From Octopus sinensis (lineage: Eukaryota): 30,934 nt of DNA. Made by a program: the position numbers and the translations under genes. The stretch spans positions 1 through 30,934 of the forward strand of contig NW_021832363.1 in NCBI RefSeq assembly GCF_006345805.1. Direction: 5' to 3'. The stretch's first letter is position 1; every line of letters starts with the position of its first letter. The notes beneath the pieces were generated by a model that worked only from the letters and a program-made list of their open reading frames with translations, did no database searches and had not been told where the DNA came from. This document shows, piece after piece, positions 10,447-23,455 of the stretch.

Positions 10447-10841
10447 TCTCGTTTACTCCCGCTTACTTGTTTCAGTCACTTGACTGCGGCCATGCTGGAG
10501 CACTGCCTTTAGTCGAGCAAATCGAACCCAGAACTTAGTCTTTGTAAACCTAGTACTTATTCTATCAGGCTCTTTTGCCGAACCGCTAGGTTACGGGGAC
10601 GTAAACACACCAGCATCGGTTGTCAAGCAATGTTGGGGGGACAAACACAGATATACAAACACACACACACATACATATACATATATACGACGGGCTTCTT
10701 TCAGTTTCCGTCTACCAAATCCACTCACAAGGTCCGAGGCTATAGTAGAAGACACTTGCCCAAAGTGTCACGCAGTGGGACTGAACCTGGAACCATGTGG
10801 TTCATAAGTAAGCTACTTACCACACTGTCACTCTTGCGCCT
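10445..10841 (-). mobile_element. SINE family A, near full length
   Basis: Reverse complement of the 4204-4646 family, with a small internal deletion near 10733. Confidence 0.9.
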
Positions 10842-11167
10842 ATATATATATGTGTGTGTGTGTGTATGTGTGTGTGTGTGTGTGTGTATTTACATGCATA
10901 CATTCATACATATAATCATACATAAATATATACACATACTGACGTATATTTATGCACACGCGCACACATACGTATACATAGTCAAGAATTACGTGGTTGC
11001 AGGTTCCATTCTACTGCTCGACCATAGCCCGAGTCAAACATAACTTTGTCAATGAAATCTGGAAGGCGGAAACCGAGTGGAAGCCATGGGGAGGAGAACT
11101 GTCTTCGCTTTTTGATAACAAAGGTAATTCATTTCTCTGTTAAGTGCCAACACTGCTTTAGAGGAGT

Positions 11168-11455
11168 TGTTTGTTCCTTCTCGAGCCACGCCTGACTCAT
11201 TAGGGCCGGTTTCCCGGTTTCCTTGGCGTATAGGTTCCCCACCTGGACGGTTCGCCGGTCCGTCGCTGCAAGAGGAAAGAGTGAGAGAAAGTTGTGGCGA
11301 AAGAGTCAGCAAAAGTTCACCATTACCTTCTGCTGGAGCCGCGTGGAGCTTAGGTGTTTCGCTCATAAACACACACATGGCCCGGTCTGAGATTCGACCC
11401 CGCGATCCCTCGACCGCGAGTCCGCTGCTCTTACCACTAGGCCATGTGCCCCCAC
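11168..11455 (-). mobile_element. SINE family B, full length, with TSD
   Basis: tRNA-like head (reverse complement GTGGGGGCACATGGCCTAGTGGTAAGAGCAGCGG...GGGTCGAATCTC). Flanked by CACTGCTTTAG(A/C)GGAGT at 11151-11167 and 11453-11469 (one mismatch). Confidence 0.9.
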
Positions 11456-11639
11456 TGCTTTAGCGGAGTCTTTTAATATTACAAGCAGTCGGACCTTGAC
11501 TTTATTGAGGAAGATACCTTAAATACCTTCAACCCATCAGATAAGTAATTCCTGAAAATAGTATTTGCCTCAGCATCCTATTATTAATCTATAAAAAGAC
11601 ACTTTGTCTTCCTGGTTTTAAGATGGTAGAGTATCACAG

Positions 11640-11848
11640 GGTGGCATGTTAGCTTATTCGTTAGCACTTCGGACAAAATGCTTAGAGGCATTTCTTCCGG
11701 TTTCACATTCTGAGTTCAAATTCCGCCGGGGTCGACATTACTTTTCATTCTTTCGGGGTCGACAGAAATTAGTACTAATTGAGCATAGGGGTCGCTGTAA
11801 TCGAGTTACTCCTTACCCTCAAATTTAAGACCTTGTGTCTACAGCAGA
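11640..11848 (+). mobile_element. SINE family C, diverged monomer
   Basis: CTGAGTTCAAATTCCGCCGGGGTCGAC...TTTCGGGGTCGA...GGGGTCGCTGTAATCGAG. Confidence 0.8.
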
Positions 11849-12279
11849 AAGATGGCAGGGTGCGATTTGAGGGAGAACTGGTTGCTATTTCTTACAGGTC
11901 AGACAAGAAGCTCGATCGTTGGTTGCTGATAACGAAAGATAACGATGATGACAATTGGAAGCGTTTGTTATTGCAGTAATAGTAGTAGTAGTTGTTGTAG
12001 TTATGATGGTGGTGGTTGTGGTGGTGGTGGTGGTGGTGATTTTAAGATTATTATATAACTCAGCAAATTTCAATAAATTCTTGTTATATTTCATTTTTTT
12101 TTTCTAAATTTCTCATAGATTCAAGAGTGAAATAGAATTTTTAAAAAATGAAAATTACAACAAAATGCCTAAAAAACAAAAAAAAAAACCAATTCCTCTT
12201 TGTAATCTTCTTTGGTTGCTATATCAAGATCTCAGCAAACCATTTCTTATCTGAGAAAGGATCGAAACCAAGCGATACC

Positions 12280-13161
12280 ACCACCGTCACCACCAGCACC
12301 AGCACCAGTACCAGCACCAGCACCAGCACCATCACCACCACCACCACCACCACCACCACCACCACCACCGCCACCGCCACCACCACCGCCACCGACGCCA
12401 CCACCACCACCACCACCACCACCACCACCACCACCACCACTACCACCACCACCACCACCCTCCACCACCAACACCACCAACACCACCACCACCACCACCA
12501 CAACCAACACCAACAACAACAACACCACCACCACCACCACCACCAAAACCACCGCCGCCACCACCACCACCACCACCAATGCCGCCACAACCACTACGAC
12601 CGCTATCATCAGCACTACTACCATCACCGCCACTACACTCACTACTACAACAGTCACTCTCATCGCTCCTTCTCTCACCAATACCTCCACTATCACCTAT
12701 ACCTCCACTATCACCTATACCATCCACCACAGCTATCACCGCCGCCGCTACCACCACCGTCATTACCATTCCATCCCGATCAGGCTTTACCACGACAACC
12801 ATCACAATCAAAGCTATCACTAACAGGAATCCGCATTCCCGACCACCACCACCACCACCACCACCACCACCATCCATCGTCATCTACCCACCTGCCGCCA
12901 CCCCCATTCTCACCCCACCCCACCCACCCCACGACAATGCACCGCCCCACCACAAACTACTACTACTACTACTACTACTACTATTACTACTACTACTACT
13001 ACTACAACCCACCGTCACCACCACCACCACCATTTCTGCATCCTCCACCGCCACCGTACACAATTACACGCTACTATTATTAGTTTGATCCTATTATTAC
13101 AAGGATTCCTATATTTCTTCACATTACCACCTCCACCGCCACAAGCGCCATCATAATTATC

Positions 13162-13192
<31 letters not shown>

Positions 13193-13590
13193 TCATCGTC
13201 GTCGTCGTCATCATCATCATCGTCATCATCATCATCATCATCATCATCGTTATGACCATCATAATCGTCATAGTCGTCATGATGATGATCATCATCATCA
13301 ACCTCCTCCTCCTCATCATCATCATAATCAAAATCATCGCCGTTATGATCTTCATCATCATCATCATCATCGTCATCACCATCATCATCACCATCATCAC
13401 CATCGTTATGATCATCATAATCATCATGACCATGATGATGATCATCATCATTACTCTCCTCTTCCTTCTCCCCCTCCCCATCATTATCATCATCATCATC
13501 GTCATCATCAAAATCTCTGCTATGATCATGATCATGATCATCATCAAAATCATCATCGTCATCGCCGTTATCGTCGTCGTCGTCATCTTA
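12280..13590. repeat. Large compound triplet array (ACC/CCA, then TAC, then ATC/CAT)
   Basis: Direct reading; produces the overlapping poly-T/H/P/M/I ORFs. Confidence 0.95.
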
Positions 13591-13849
13591 GTACGTTTTC
13601 AGTACTTCTAATAGATAAATGCCATCCTACCTGCCCCCATTCAGCTACCTCCCCACGCTTTGCCCCACCCCCACACGCTCTTCCATCTTTGTCCCGCGGC
13701 ATTTCAGATCATCTCGTCATGACTCACAGAGTGGCAGCATCTTTACCAAACACATACCATTGCCACTGCAGGTTCTTCACATGTGATCCTTTGGAATGGT
13801 AAGTGGCGGAAAATTGAAAGATGGAATTGTAATAAGACAAGAAGGAAAA

Positions 13850-13855
13850 AAGAAA

Positions 13856-13889
<34 letters not shown>

Positions 13890-14590
13890 GGAGAGAGGGG
13901 AGAGAGAGAGATAGAGAGAAAGAGAGAAAGAAGGAGAGAGAGAGAGAGATAGAGAGAAAGAGAGAAAGGAGGAGAGAGAGAGATAGAGATATAGAGAGAA
14001 AGGAGGAGAGAGAGAGAGATAGAGATATAGAGAGAGATAGAGAGAAAGAGAGAAAGAAGGAGAGAGAGAGAGATAGAGAGAAAGAGAGAAAGGAGGAGAG
14101 AGAGAGAGATAGAGATATAGAGAGAGATAGAGAGAAAGAGAGAAAGAAGGAGAGAGAGAGATAGAGAGAAAGAGAGAAAGGAGGAGAGAGAGAGAGAGAT
14201 AGATATAGAGAGAGATAGAGAGAAAGAGAGAAAGAAGGAGAGAGAGAGAGATAGCGAGAAAGAGAGAAAGGAGAGAGAGAGAGAAGATAGAGATATAGAG
14301 AGAGATAGAGAGAAAGAGAGAAAGAAGGAGAGAGAGAGAGATAGAGAGAAAGAGAGAAAGGAAGAGAGAGAGAGAGAGAGATATAGAGAGAGATAGAGAG
14401 AAAGAGAGAAAGAAGGAGAGAGAGAGAGATAGAGAGAAAGAGAGAAAGGAGGAGAGAGAGAGAGATAGAGATATAGAGAGAGATAGAGAGATAGAGAGAA
14501 AGAAGGAGAGAGAGAGAGATAGAGAGAAAGAGAGAAAGGAGAAGAGAGAGAGAGAGAGATAGAGATATAGAGAGAGATAGAGAGAGGGAA
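13850..14590. repeat. GA-rich minisatellite with recurring GATAGAGATATAGAGAGAGATAGAGAGAAAGAGAGAAAG(A/G)AGG units
   Basis: About a dozen 35-60 bp variants of a GA-derived unit; source of the SLSLS/ERER ORFs. Confidence 0.9.
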
Positions 14591-14646
14591 ATACTCCAAA
14601 AGAAACGAAAGAATTTTACTTCCCGCCAAAAAATATCCACCTTATC

Positions 14647-14940
14647 GACAACAACAACATCTATTGTAACAACAACAACAGCAGCAGCAGCAGCAGCAAC
14701 AACAACAACAACAGCAACAACAACAACAACAACAACAACAACAAACTACTAACGACAACTATCACGAAATCTACTTTGATAACAATAACAACATCTAGAA
14801 TAGTAACAATAACAATTACAACAACATCAACAACAACAACAAATACTGCGGCGATTATATAATAAATAATGATTATAACAACAACTTGCAATAAGAATGA
14901 TGATAATAACTACGGCAACAACAACAGCAACAACAACGGT
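14647..14940. repeat. (AAC)n/(AGC)n/(AAT)n triplet mosaic
   Basis: Direct reading. Confidence 0.9.
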
Positions 14941-15013
14941 GAAAGTATTTCATTGGAATGTGAGTAAAAAAGAAAGAAAAACATACGTAAAATACATCGT
15001 TTTTAGAAGTTGA

Positions 15014-16095
15014 AGGGTAAGAGAAGTGGGTGGGGGACGGGTGGGAGGATAGAAAGGAAGTGAAGAAAGAAGGAAAATAAGCAGCTGGAAGAAGAAAAAG
15101 AAGAAGAAGAAGAAGAAGAAGAAGAAGAAGAAGAAGAAGAAGAAGAAGAAGAAGAAGAAGATGAAGCAGAAGAAGAAGAAGAAGAAGAAGAAGAAGAAGA
15201 AGAAGAAGAAGAAGAAGAAGAAGAAGAAGAAGGGTAAGAGGATGGAAGATGGGTGGGGAATAGAAAGGGAGAGAAGAAAGAAGGAAAATAAGCAGCTGGA
15301 AGAAAAAGAAGAAGAAGAAGAAGAAGAAGAAGAAGGAGAAGAAGAAGAAGAAGAAGAAGAAGATGAAGCAGAAGCAGAAGAAGAAGAAGAAGAAGAAGAA
15401 GAAGAAGAAGAAAGAAGAAGAAGAAGAAGGGTAAGAGGATGGAAGATGGGTGGGGAACAGAAAGGGAGAGAAGAAAGAAGGAAAATAAGCAGCTGGAAGA
15501 AGAAGAGAGAAGAAGAATAAGAAGAAGAAGAAGAAGAAGAACTAAGAAGAAGAAGAAAAGAATCAGATGAGCAGAAGCAGAAGCAATAAGAAGAAGAGAA
15601 GAAGAAGAAGAAGAATAAGAGAAAATAAGAAGAAGAATAAGTTTAGCGGATGGAAGATGGGTGTGGAATAGAAAGGGATAGAAAAGAATAAATAAGCAGC
15701 TGGAAGAAGAATAAAAGAAGAAGAAGAAGATAAAAGAAAATAAATAAGAAAGAATGAAGCAGAAGCAAGAAGCGAAGCAGAAGAAGAAGAGAAGAGAAGA
15801 AGAAGAAGAAGAGAAAGGGTAAGATATTTAAGATGGGTTGTGTAATAGAAAGGGAGAGAAGAAAGAAGGAAAATAAGCAGCTGGAAGAAGAAAAAGAAGA
15901 ACAACAACAACAAGATAAAGAAAAAGGGGAAGAAAAGTGGAAAAAGTAGAAAAAGAAGAAAAAGAGGAGAGGAAAGAGGAAAATAAGGAGAAAAATAAGA
16001 AGAGGAGGAAATTAAAGAAGAAAAGGAAGAAGGAAAACAAGAAGAAAAAGAAGAAATGGAAAAAGCTGAAGAAGAAAAAGAAGAAGAAGAAGACG
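15014..16095. repeat. (GAA)n-based higher-order tandem repeat, about 5 units of about 200 bp
   Basis: AAATAAGCAGCTGGAAGA recurs, with GCAGCTGG near 15081, 15292, 15489, 15696 and 15877. Confidence 0.85.
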
Positions 16096-16149
16096 TCGAG
16101 TAAGTGAAAATCAAAGGAAGATATGATGACGAAGGCCAGCAGAAAAAGC

Positions 16150-16172
16150 AACAGTAGTAGTAGTAGTAGTAT

Positions 16173-16207
<35 letters not shown>

Positions 16208-16250
16208 TTTTGGTGGTGGTGGTGGTGGTGGTGGTAGTAGTAGTGATAGG
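16150..16250. repeat. (TAG)n and (GGT)n microsatellites
   Basis: Direct reading. Confidence 0.9.
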
Positions 16251-16499
16251 GATAGAAAACATTTGAAAAAAAACATCTAGACTATAAAAAGCAATAAATA
16301 TATAAAACCCATGCTAATCATGATTGTGATAATGATGATGATGATAATAATTATGGTTGTAATAGAGTGGGGGTGGGTGAAGGTGCTAACGGTAACAACG
16401 TTTATGATGACAACGATGACATAGGAGGAGCTGATGATGGTAAGGATTATGATTGCAGAAACGGTAGAAAGGAAGAAGTAAGTTAACAGAGGGAGAGAG

Positions 16500-16560
<61 letters not shown>

Positions 16561-16913
16561 GAAAGAAAAAAATGTTTAAAGAAATTGGAAAAGAATTTCG
16601 AAAATGAAAGTAGAAAGAAATCTGCCGTATGCGACTGCCACTTTATGTCATAAGGACTCTCAGAGATTGGAACTCATAACCCGAATGCTTTTAGCTAAAT
16701 GCAACACAAGCGGTTCGGCTCGTAAAACTACTGCCTCTCGCATTTGCGCCCTTTAAGTAGCAATATTATATTACAAAGTGATGAAGATAAAAAAACATAA
16801 TCGACTCGACATGTACCGAAACCATAACGGAGCGATGCTAGATGTGTCGAAACAATTGTCGTGATTAATAAATTCTCGTATATTCCATTTTCTGTCATTC
16901 CTTTGCCATATAT

Positions 16914-16951
<38 letters not shown>

Positions 16952-17239
16952 TATATATATGATATAGTATAAAAGGGGGATTGCGTAGAGGTATATTATT
17001 CAAAGGAATTCCAACTCTGTCTGTTTTTTATGTTTAATTTATATTCTTTATAATATTAATGTAGAATATAGAATATATAGTATAAATAGTATATATAGTG
17101 TAAATGAAAGAAGTATTGGATTGTCTTATTGAATAGATGAATATTGAATATCAAATATTAAGGGACTAGTATACTTTCTTGCAGTTAGGCAGTCTTCAAG
17201 GTCCCAGGTTGTGACAAGAATGTTTCAACTGTCATATAT

Positions 17240-17327
<88 letters not shown>

Positions 17328-17395
17328 CAAATTCACATCTATCTATCTGTCTGTCTGTCCGTCTGTCTATCTAGATGTATACTGTATTATCTATC
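17240..17395. repeat. (TA)n followed by short TATC/TGTC repeats
   Basis: Direct reading. Confidence 0.9.
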
Positions 17396-17910
17396 TAAAG
17401 TGCGCTGTGTTAAAATAAGAGCTACTGATAGTTTCTTGCTATAAAGACACGTATTTAGGCAGGTTTTTATAATGTGTCTTGTATCTCTAAACAATCTTAA
17501 GGCTCAGAGCGCATGGTTTGTTCTATTTGGGAATCAAGACGATGGTACATGAGAAACCACGATGAAAAAAGAAAAAAAGGTTGATGAAAAAATTGGAATG
17601 GAAAGAGAGAATTTGAATAAAAACGGAAAATAAAATAAATTAGAGTTACGTTCCCTTCGATTGTACTAGTCCTAATTAACCTAATTGTAGAATAATTCAA
17701 TGGAGAGGGTATCAATGCTGCCAGACAGTTGCTCAACACAGAAAGGATAGTGTCTGCCAGTTCTACAAAAGAAATTTGTCTATATGTTTCATTTGCTGAA
17801 AATTTCAGATAAGGAATTTAGTAGTGTGGTGGAATTCTTGTGTCTAAAAAGCATGTGTGAGCTTTCAGTTACTTATCCTGCTCTTGCATCGTCCGGAATT
17901 CTCTCTTCTA

Positions 17911-18060
17911 AGGTGGCAAGCTGGCAGAAGTGTCAGTATGCTGGGAAAAAAGCGTAGCGGGATCCAGTTTGCCTTTCATCCTTTAGGGGTCGATAAAATA
18001 TTCATCATTTGAACATTGAGAGTCCATGTAATCGATTTATCCCCGCCTCCAAAATTTGAA
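17911..18060 (+). mobile_element. SINE family C, diverged and internally deleted
   Basis: GGTGGCAAGCTGGCAGAAG head; TTTGCCTTTCATCCTTTAGGGGTCGATAAAAT core. Confidence 0.8.
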
Positions 18061-18934
18061 ACTAATGTGAAGGTGATGCGCTTGCAATACCCACTCCTGT
18101 ATGTTTTTTGGGATAGCAACTGTAGTATTATATGTCACACTCGTTGCATTGTAGAATTATTCTTGCAAACATGTAAGGTATCGATTGAAAAAGCTGTGGA
18201 GTTACTCTTCTCAGATGGTGGAATCATTCACGCAAAATTATGGAGCTACACTCGCAAGACTGTAGAGTTATTCTTACAAGATTACTGAACGACAATAAGA
18301 AGTTTGTGAAACCACACTTTCAAAATCCAGCATTGTAGCTTCTTATTGAATTCAGCAATATAAATAATATAAGAAATCAACAAAGTTAGCTGAGAGACGA
18401 GTAAGACTTATAGAAGTATAGATTCCAAATCAGAGCTATATTAATGGATGTTATTGTGTAATTCAATAATTTTAAAGATTCTTCAGTAAAATGTACAATT
18501 CGTTGGCTATTATCGCTAAATTTGGTCTTCGATTTCCTGTACAGTCACATGCAAACCACATTGTTACTGAAATTCCAATCAATTTCCTTCTTGGATAACA
18601 AACCAGGAGTGTTAGATCCCCCCCAAAAGCCCGTATGTTTCATTGTAAAGCTGATAACTTTTATGAAGATATAACATGTTTGGTGAAGTAAAAGCAATTT
18701 TATATATTATTTGATGTATAGATCACTCCAAGATGGTATTTCTAGATAATATCATTTCATTATTGTATACATCATTTCAAAATAACAAACATTGCCTTGC
18801 CTCAAGTACCAAATAATCTCCATCGTGAATAACGAGAATAAAAACTGACAGCGAAGACAAATTTTGATCATTTCATTTTCGCATATATTCCCGAACAATG
18901 CAGAACGACAAATGTATGAAGTGCAATAATAAAT

Positions 18935-18996
18935 AAATAATAATAATGATGATGATAATGATGATGATGATAATGATGATGATGATGATGATGATG

Positions 18997-19036
<40 letters not shown>

Positions 19037-19050
19037 TGATAATAATGATA
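18935..19050. repeat. (ATG)n/(ATA)n microsatellite
   Basis: Direct reading. Confidence 0.9.
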
Positions 19051-19508
19051 AAACTGTTGCAGGATCTTGGTGGAAAATTCAATAGAAATTTTCTCTACAT
19101 AGAAGTTGAAAAGTAAACGAAAATATTTTCTAAAGATGTTCCAGGAACACGCCATTTCTAAAGTCAACAGCCAACAGCTTTTCATTGAATCATCATCAAG
19201 AATTATTCCTAGTTGTATTATAATAAAACATAATGCAATTTCTTTATTGTCGTCATAGGCAATAGTGTTGAATGTAAAATCGTGACACCTACACTGCTAC
19301 AACTACGCCGTGGTGCTTATATATCCAAATTTATCTCTGCTGTAGCTCAAATGTCATATATAAAGTATATTATATTTAACACAGATAAGCAGGTAAAAAT
19401 ATAATGAATATAAATCGCTACGTATGCAGAGCTGATACAGTGGATTTTAATGGATTCCATGCAGAACGATTTTTTTAGAATGAACTCTGTATTCTCTCTC
19501 CCTCTCTG

Positions 19509-19595
<87 letters not shown>
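19509..19595. repeat. (TATC)n array, 5' flank of Tx1-like copy 1
   Basis: Direct reading. Confidence 0.95.
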
Positions 19596-20914
19596 GGAGG
19601 GCTGGGCATGCCGTGGTTGATGATGCGCAGACACGCGTGAGACTGCGACATCTCTGGCTTATGTAGACGACGGTGAACAGGTGTGGGTCGCCGTTTGTGA
19701 GGCACGCTTTCCCGCAGCTCGTCTCCATGACCGAACTGCAGTCGTGGATCAAAAAGGGCCGAGGAAGGGCGAATGGCACCGCGAGTGTCGCGTTGCTCTC
19801 AAGCAACTCTGCGTCCTGGGGTCGACCTTAAGTGACTTCAACAACAACCAAAGCATTCTATAGGGGTTTGGGGTTAGTGGAGGGGAGGTACGACGACGAG
19901 CCGGGGCGAACCTGGACGTCGACGAGGAGTACATGACCCGCCTGTTCGGGACGACTTTCGGGCCAGGGCCCATGGAAACAACTTCCAGAGATTCCCTGGC
20001 CTGGCAGTGCTACCGAGAAGCGCTACCCGTTCGGGATAAGCTCTACAGACACGGCTCGAGTGAACACGGGGCCGACCTGCCCGAGATGCGGTCAGAGAGA
20101 CGAAAACCGTTTCTGCACGCACTCGTTCAGTGTCAACAATTTCCGACTGTGGGCTTATGTCGAACAACTGCTGTCACGTGTGGGACGAGTCGGTTTATCA
20201 GCTGAGTCTATCGTCAATATTGTCACGCCTCCTTCCTTCAAACGGAAGGAGAGTATTTTCATCATCCTTGTGGCTATGGCGAAAGAATGTATGTGGTGAC
20301 GCGTCTGAAAGGATTGGAGACAAACACTTTCCTTCTGGTCAATCTCTCATCAACTTCTTCAAGTACCACTTGAAAAGGAAAGTGTGAGAGTAGAAAGGCA
20401 AGTTTTGTCTAGCGAATGTTTAAAAAAGATGGGTGAATGTAGCAAGAATGGCACGTATGATGACGAAGCCACCTTGAGCATAGTCCTATGAACCCAGAAA
20501 TCGAAAAACAGAGAGTTGCTTATTGCAAAAAAAGCAAAAAAAAAAAAAAAAAAGAAAGAAATATTAAAATGTGAATTCATTGACCGAGGTTACCGTGGTC
20601 TTTTCCGCAGGTTTCTTTCCACGGGTAAACCTCACCTGTCCTCCCCTTTACACTTCATATTGACATTTCTGTGATAACGATCCCTATTGATCATTTTTCT
20701 TTCCCTCCCCCCCACTTTTTTTTTTTTTTTTTTCTTTTCCCTTTTTTTTTTTTTTTAACCCCACTTATTTTGTCCCCTTTCTCTCCTTTTACGATCCCTT
20801 TTGATCGAACCTCCCCCTTCCTTTTTTTTTTTTTTTTTTAATACCTTCAAAAGAAAAGCTCTACCTTGTAATTTGTCGATCTGTGTGCAGCCATGTGTGG
20901 CTAATAAAGAAACA
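19596..20914 (+). mobile_element. 5'-truncated Tx1/L1-clade LINE, copy 1 (ORF2 C-terminus 19596-20491, frameshifted; 3' UTR to AATAAAGAAAC)
   Basis: Joined frames give GGLGMP (post-RT motif), LAWQCYREALPVRDKLYRHG, CPRCG..E...HALVQC..LW (zf-RVT-like CCHC), FIILVAMAKECMW, FFKYHLKRKV. T-rich 3' UTR with AATAAA at 20903. Confidence 0.85.
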
Positions 20915-20943
20915 TATCTATGTGATTCGGTCTATTGTCTGTC

Positions 20944-21025
<82 letters not shown>

Positions 21026-21048
21026 GTGATTTTCGGTCTATCTGTCTG

Positions 21049-21133
<85 letters not shown>
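20915..21133. repeat. Interrupted (TATC)n array, 3' flank of copy 1
   Basis: The interruption TATGTGATT(TT)CGGTCTAT(C)TGTCTGTC occurs twice, about 105 bp apart. Confidence 0.9.
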
Positions 21134-21180
21134 ATTTTCGTTACCATGGCAACGATCCGGATACTTATTGATTAGACTAC

Positions 21181-21247
<67 letters not shown>

Positions 21248-21917
21248 ATCAGAGAGCAAGTGAGAGAAAGATAGAGAAGAGAAAAAGAAAGAAAACACAA
21301 TATATAGAGAAGGGTGGGAGAAGGAGGAAGAGAGAGTCATATTATACCTGTAATTAAATGAAACCCAATTTTGAAACATTGCTTCTCCATGAGAATTAGT
21401 TAAATGCACAAATATCTGGAAAATATTTTGTCATTCCGTTAATCTTATAACTAAAATGCACAATCATTACTCGTTAAGGTTATCTCTAGAGATATTCCAT
21501 AGAAGTTTATAGCCAGCGCTGATTCTTGTTACGAAGTTTCGTATACAAAATGTCAGATATAAACAAACAATAAGATCGAAAATGAAAAATGGTTAATGTC
21601 TAAGAAAGTTAAAGAAGTGATTTTAAATTCTCAAACGCAGGATTATGTCATATTTCAGGAGTTTTGCTCCTTCATAAGCACTCAACTAATCCATTTATCA
21701 TCCTCCAACTCATTGCTTAAATAACCACTGTATATAACGGTTTATAATTATGGTGGCATAACGAAATACCACGCACCTACAAATCATTTGTATTTACGTA
21801 CCAGCTTCTAGGTATGCATTTAATATGTACAACTGGTATATCTAATCACTATACACCGTTATATGTAGAGGCTTTTTAATAAATGTGTTCGGGGATGATT
21901 AATGGGTTAGATGGGTG

Positions 21918-21955
21918 CTGATGAAAGGGCAAAACACCTCGAAATATGGTATATG
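21918..21955 (+). ncRNA. Degenerate hammerhead-like motif
   Basis: CTGATGA-AAGG-gcaaaaca-CCTC-GAAATATGGTAT. G10.1 is replaced by A and stem I is weak. Confidence 0.3.
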
Positions 21956-23324
21956 CTGCCATTGCTCTTTTTTAATCTTCGATCTCATTCTTTGTTTATA
22001 TTTGATGTTTCGAATACGAAGCGTCCTAACAAAAATTAGTTCGGGTTATAATTTCTATGGAATATCTGTAGACATAACCTTAACAAGTGATGTAAATCGC
22101 ACTGCTAACACACAGTAGAACAAGGTAATGACTTATAAAAACGTTTAATATACTTTATTATATTCAAATTTCGATGAATGTAAACAAACTAACGAAGTTT
22201 GCTTTAGAAACGTTGAGATGTCTTAGAAAGTTAAAGAAGTGATTTTAAATTCTCAAAAGCAGGATTATGCTCATAATATAGCCTGAACAGGATAAGCTAT
22301 CCCTATTTTGCAGAAAAAAGTGTTGGCGGCCGACTACGTACCTACAAGTCATTAGTACTTAATCATCTTGAAAAAAACCAACGTAATATCGCTTTACTGC
22401 ATATATCTTTACTTTGAATACTAACAAGACGGTAAAAATGAACGAAGAATGCGGTAGAAATATAGTTTGAAGGATGTAACCACTAATAAACGTGAAATGG
22501 TTTGGGGAAATCTTATATGAGGGTGTTTTATGCATCATGTCGAGCTAAGAGGCAAGATGGCCGTTATTTAAGTTTCACAACTACAGCAAATCCACACATA
22601 CATACCCATGCTTACGAGCTTCTACTGTCTTTTTTTCTGGTGTGTCCATTCTTCTCAAAAATCGACTACTTTTGTTCCTTACTTGAACTGCTGTCAATCA
22701 TTTTTCTTTTTCCTTGCAGCACATAAAAACATCTTGCTTTTTACCTTCTTGTATCTATTTCGTTTTTTGGATTGTACTTTCTCCTCGGATCATTTTACCA
22801 TCTTCTGGAATCTCTTACCGATTTCTCAGAATCTATAGGCCTTTTCTTCACGTATTTAACTTCAACCTTGTCAGACTTTATTCTCTCATTTTCGAATGTT
22901 TCACTGCTACACGTTTGAAAAGACAGTTTTTCCACCCCATACGTGCTTTAGTTTATATACTTGCACGCAAATAAATATCATTTACATTACTCTCTCCAAC
23001 TCAAATGCTTCTTCGTCGCCATTATTTTCCCCTACACGCTCTCACATTCTCACATTCCCACATATACGCTTTTATACTATACAACTACAATTATATACAC
23101 ATACGCACACCATCATCGTCCACTTACACTAACCAACGCCACCATACACAAACGCTTGCACACATCTATACATATATACACATATTCACAACATTCCCTT
23201 TGATGTCAACTTCGAAGCATAGACAGACTCTGATACACGCTTCTACACCACACTCACACTTCCATCTTTTTTAGTTCCCGCCAAAGAACAGCATTTCACC
23301 CTGGTTTCGATTATTTTCTTTACG

Positions 23325-23372
23325 CTCTCTCTCTCTCTCTCTATCTATCTCTCTATCTATCTGTCTGTCTAC

Positions 23373-23417
<45 letters not shown>

Positions 23418-23419
23418 AT

Positions 23420-23455
<36 letters not shown>
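23325..23455. repeat. (TC)n then (TATC)n, 5' flank of Tx1-like copy 2
   Basis: Direct reading. Confidence 0.95.

Noticed and set aside
13850-16095. Repeat-spacer patterns as a CRISPR array
   Set aside because: Eukaryotic context, the spacers are simple repeats, and there are no cas genes.
18120-18345. ORF 18016..18288
   Set aside because: It starts in a SINE tail and crosses a degenerate short-period repeat (TGT(A/G)GA(A/G)TTA(T/C)); no protein family is recognised.
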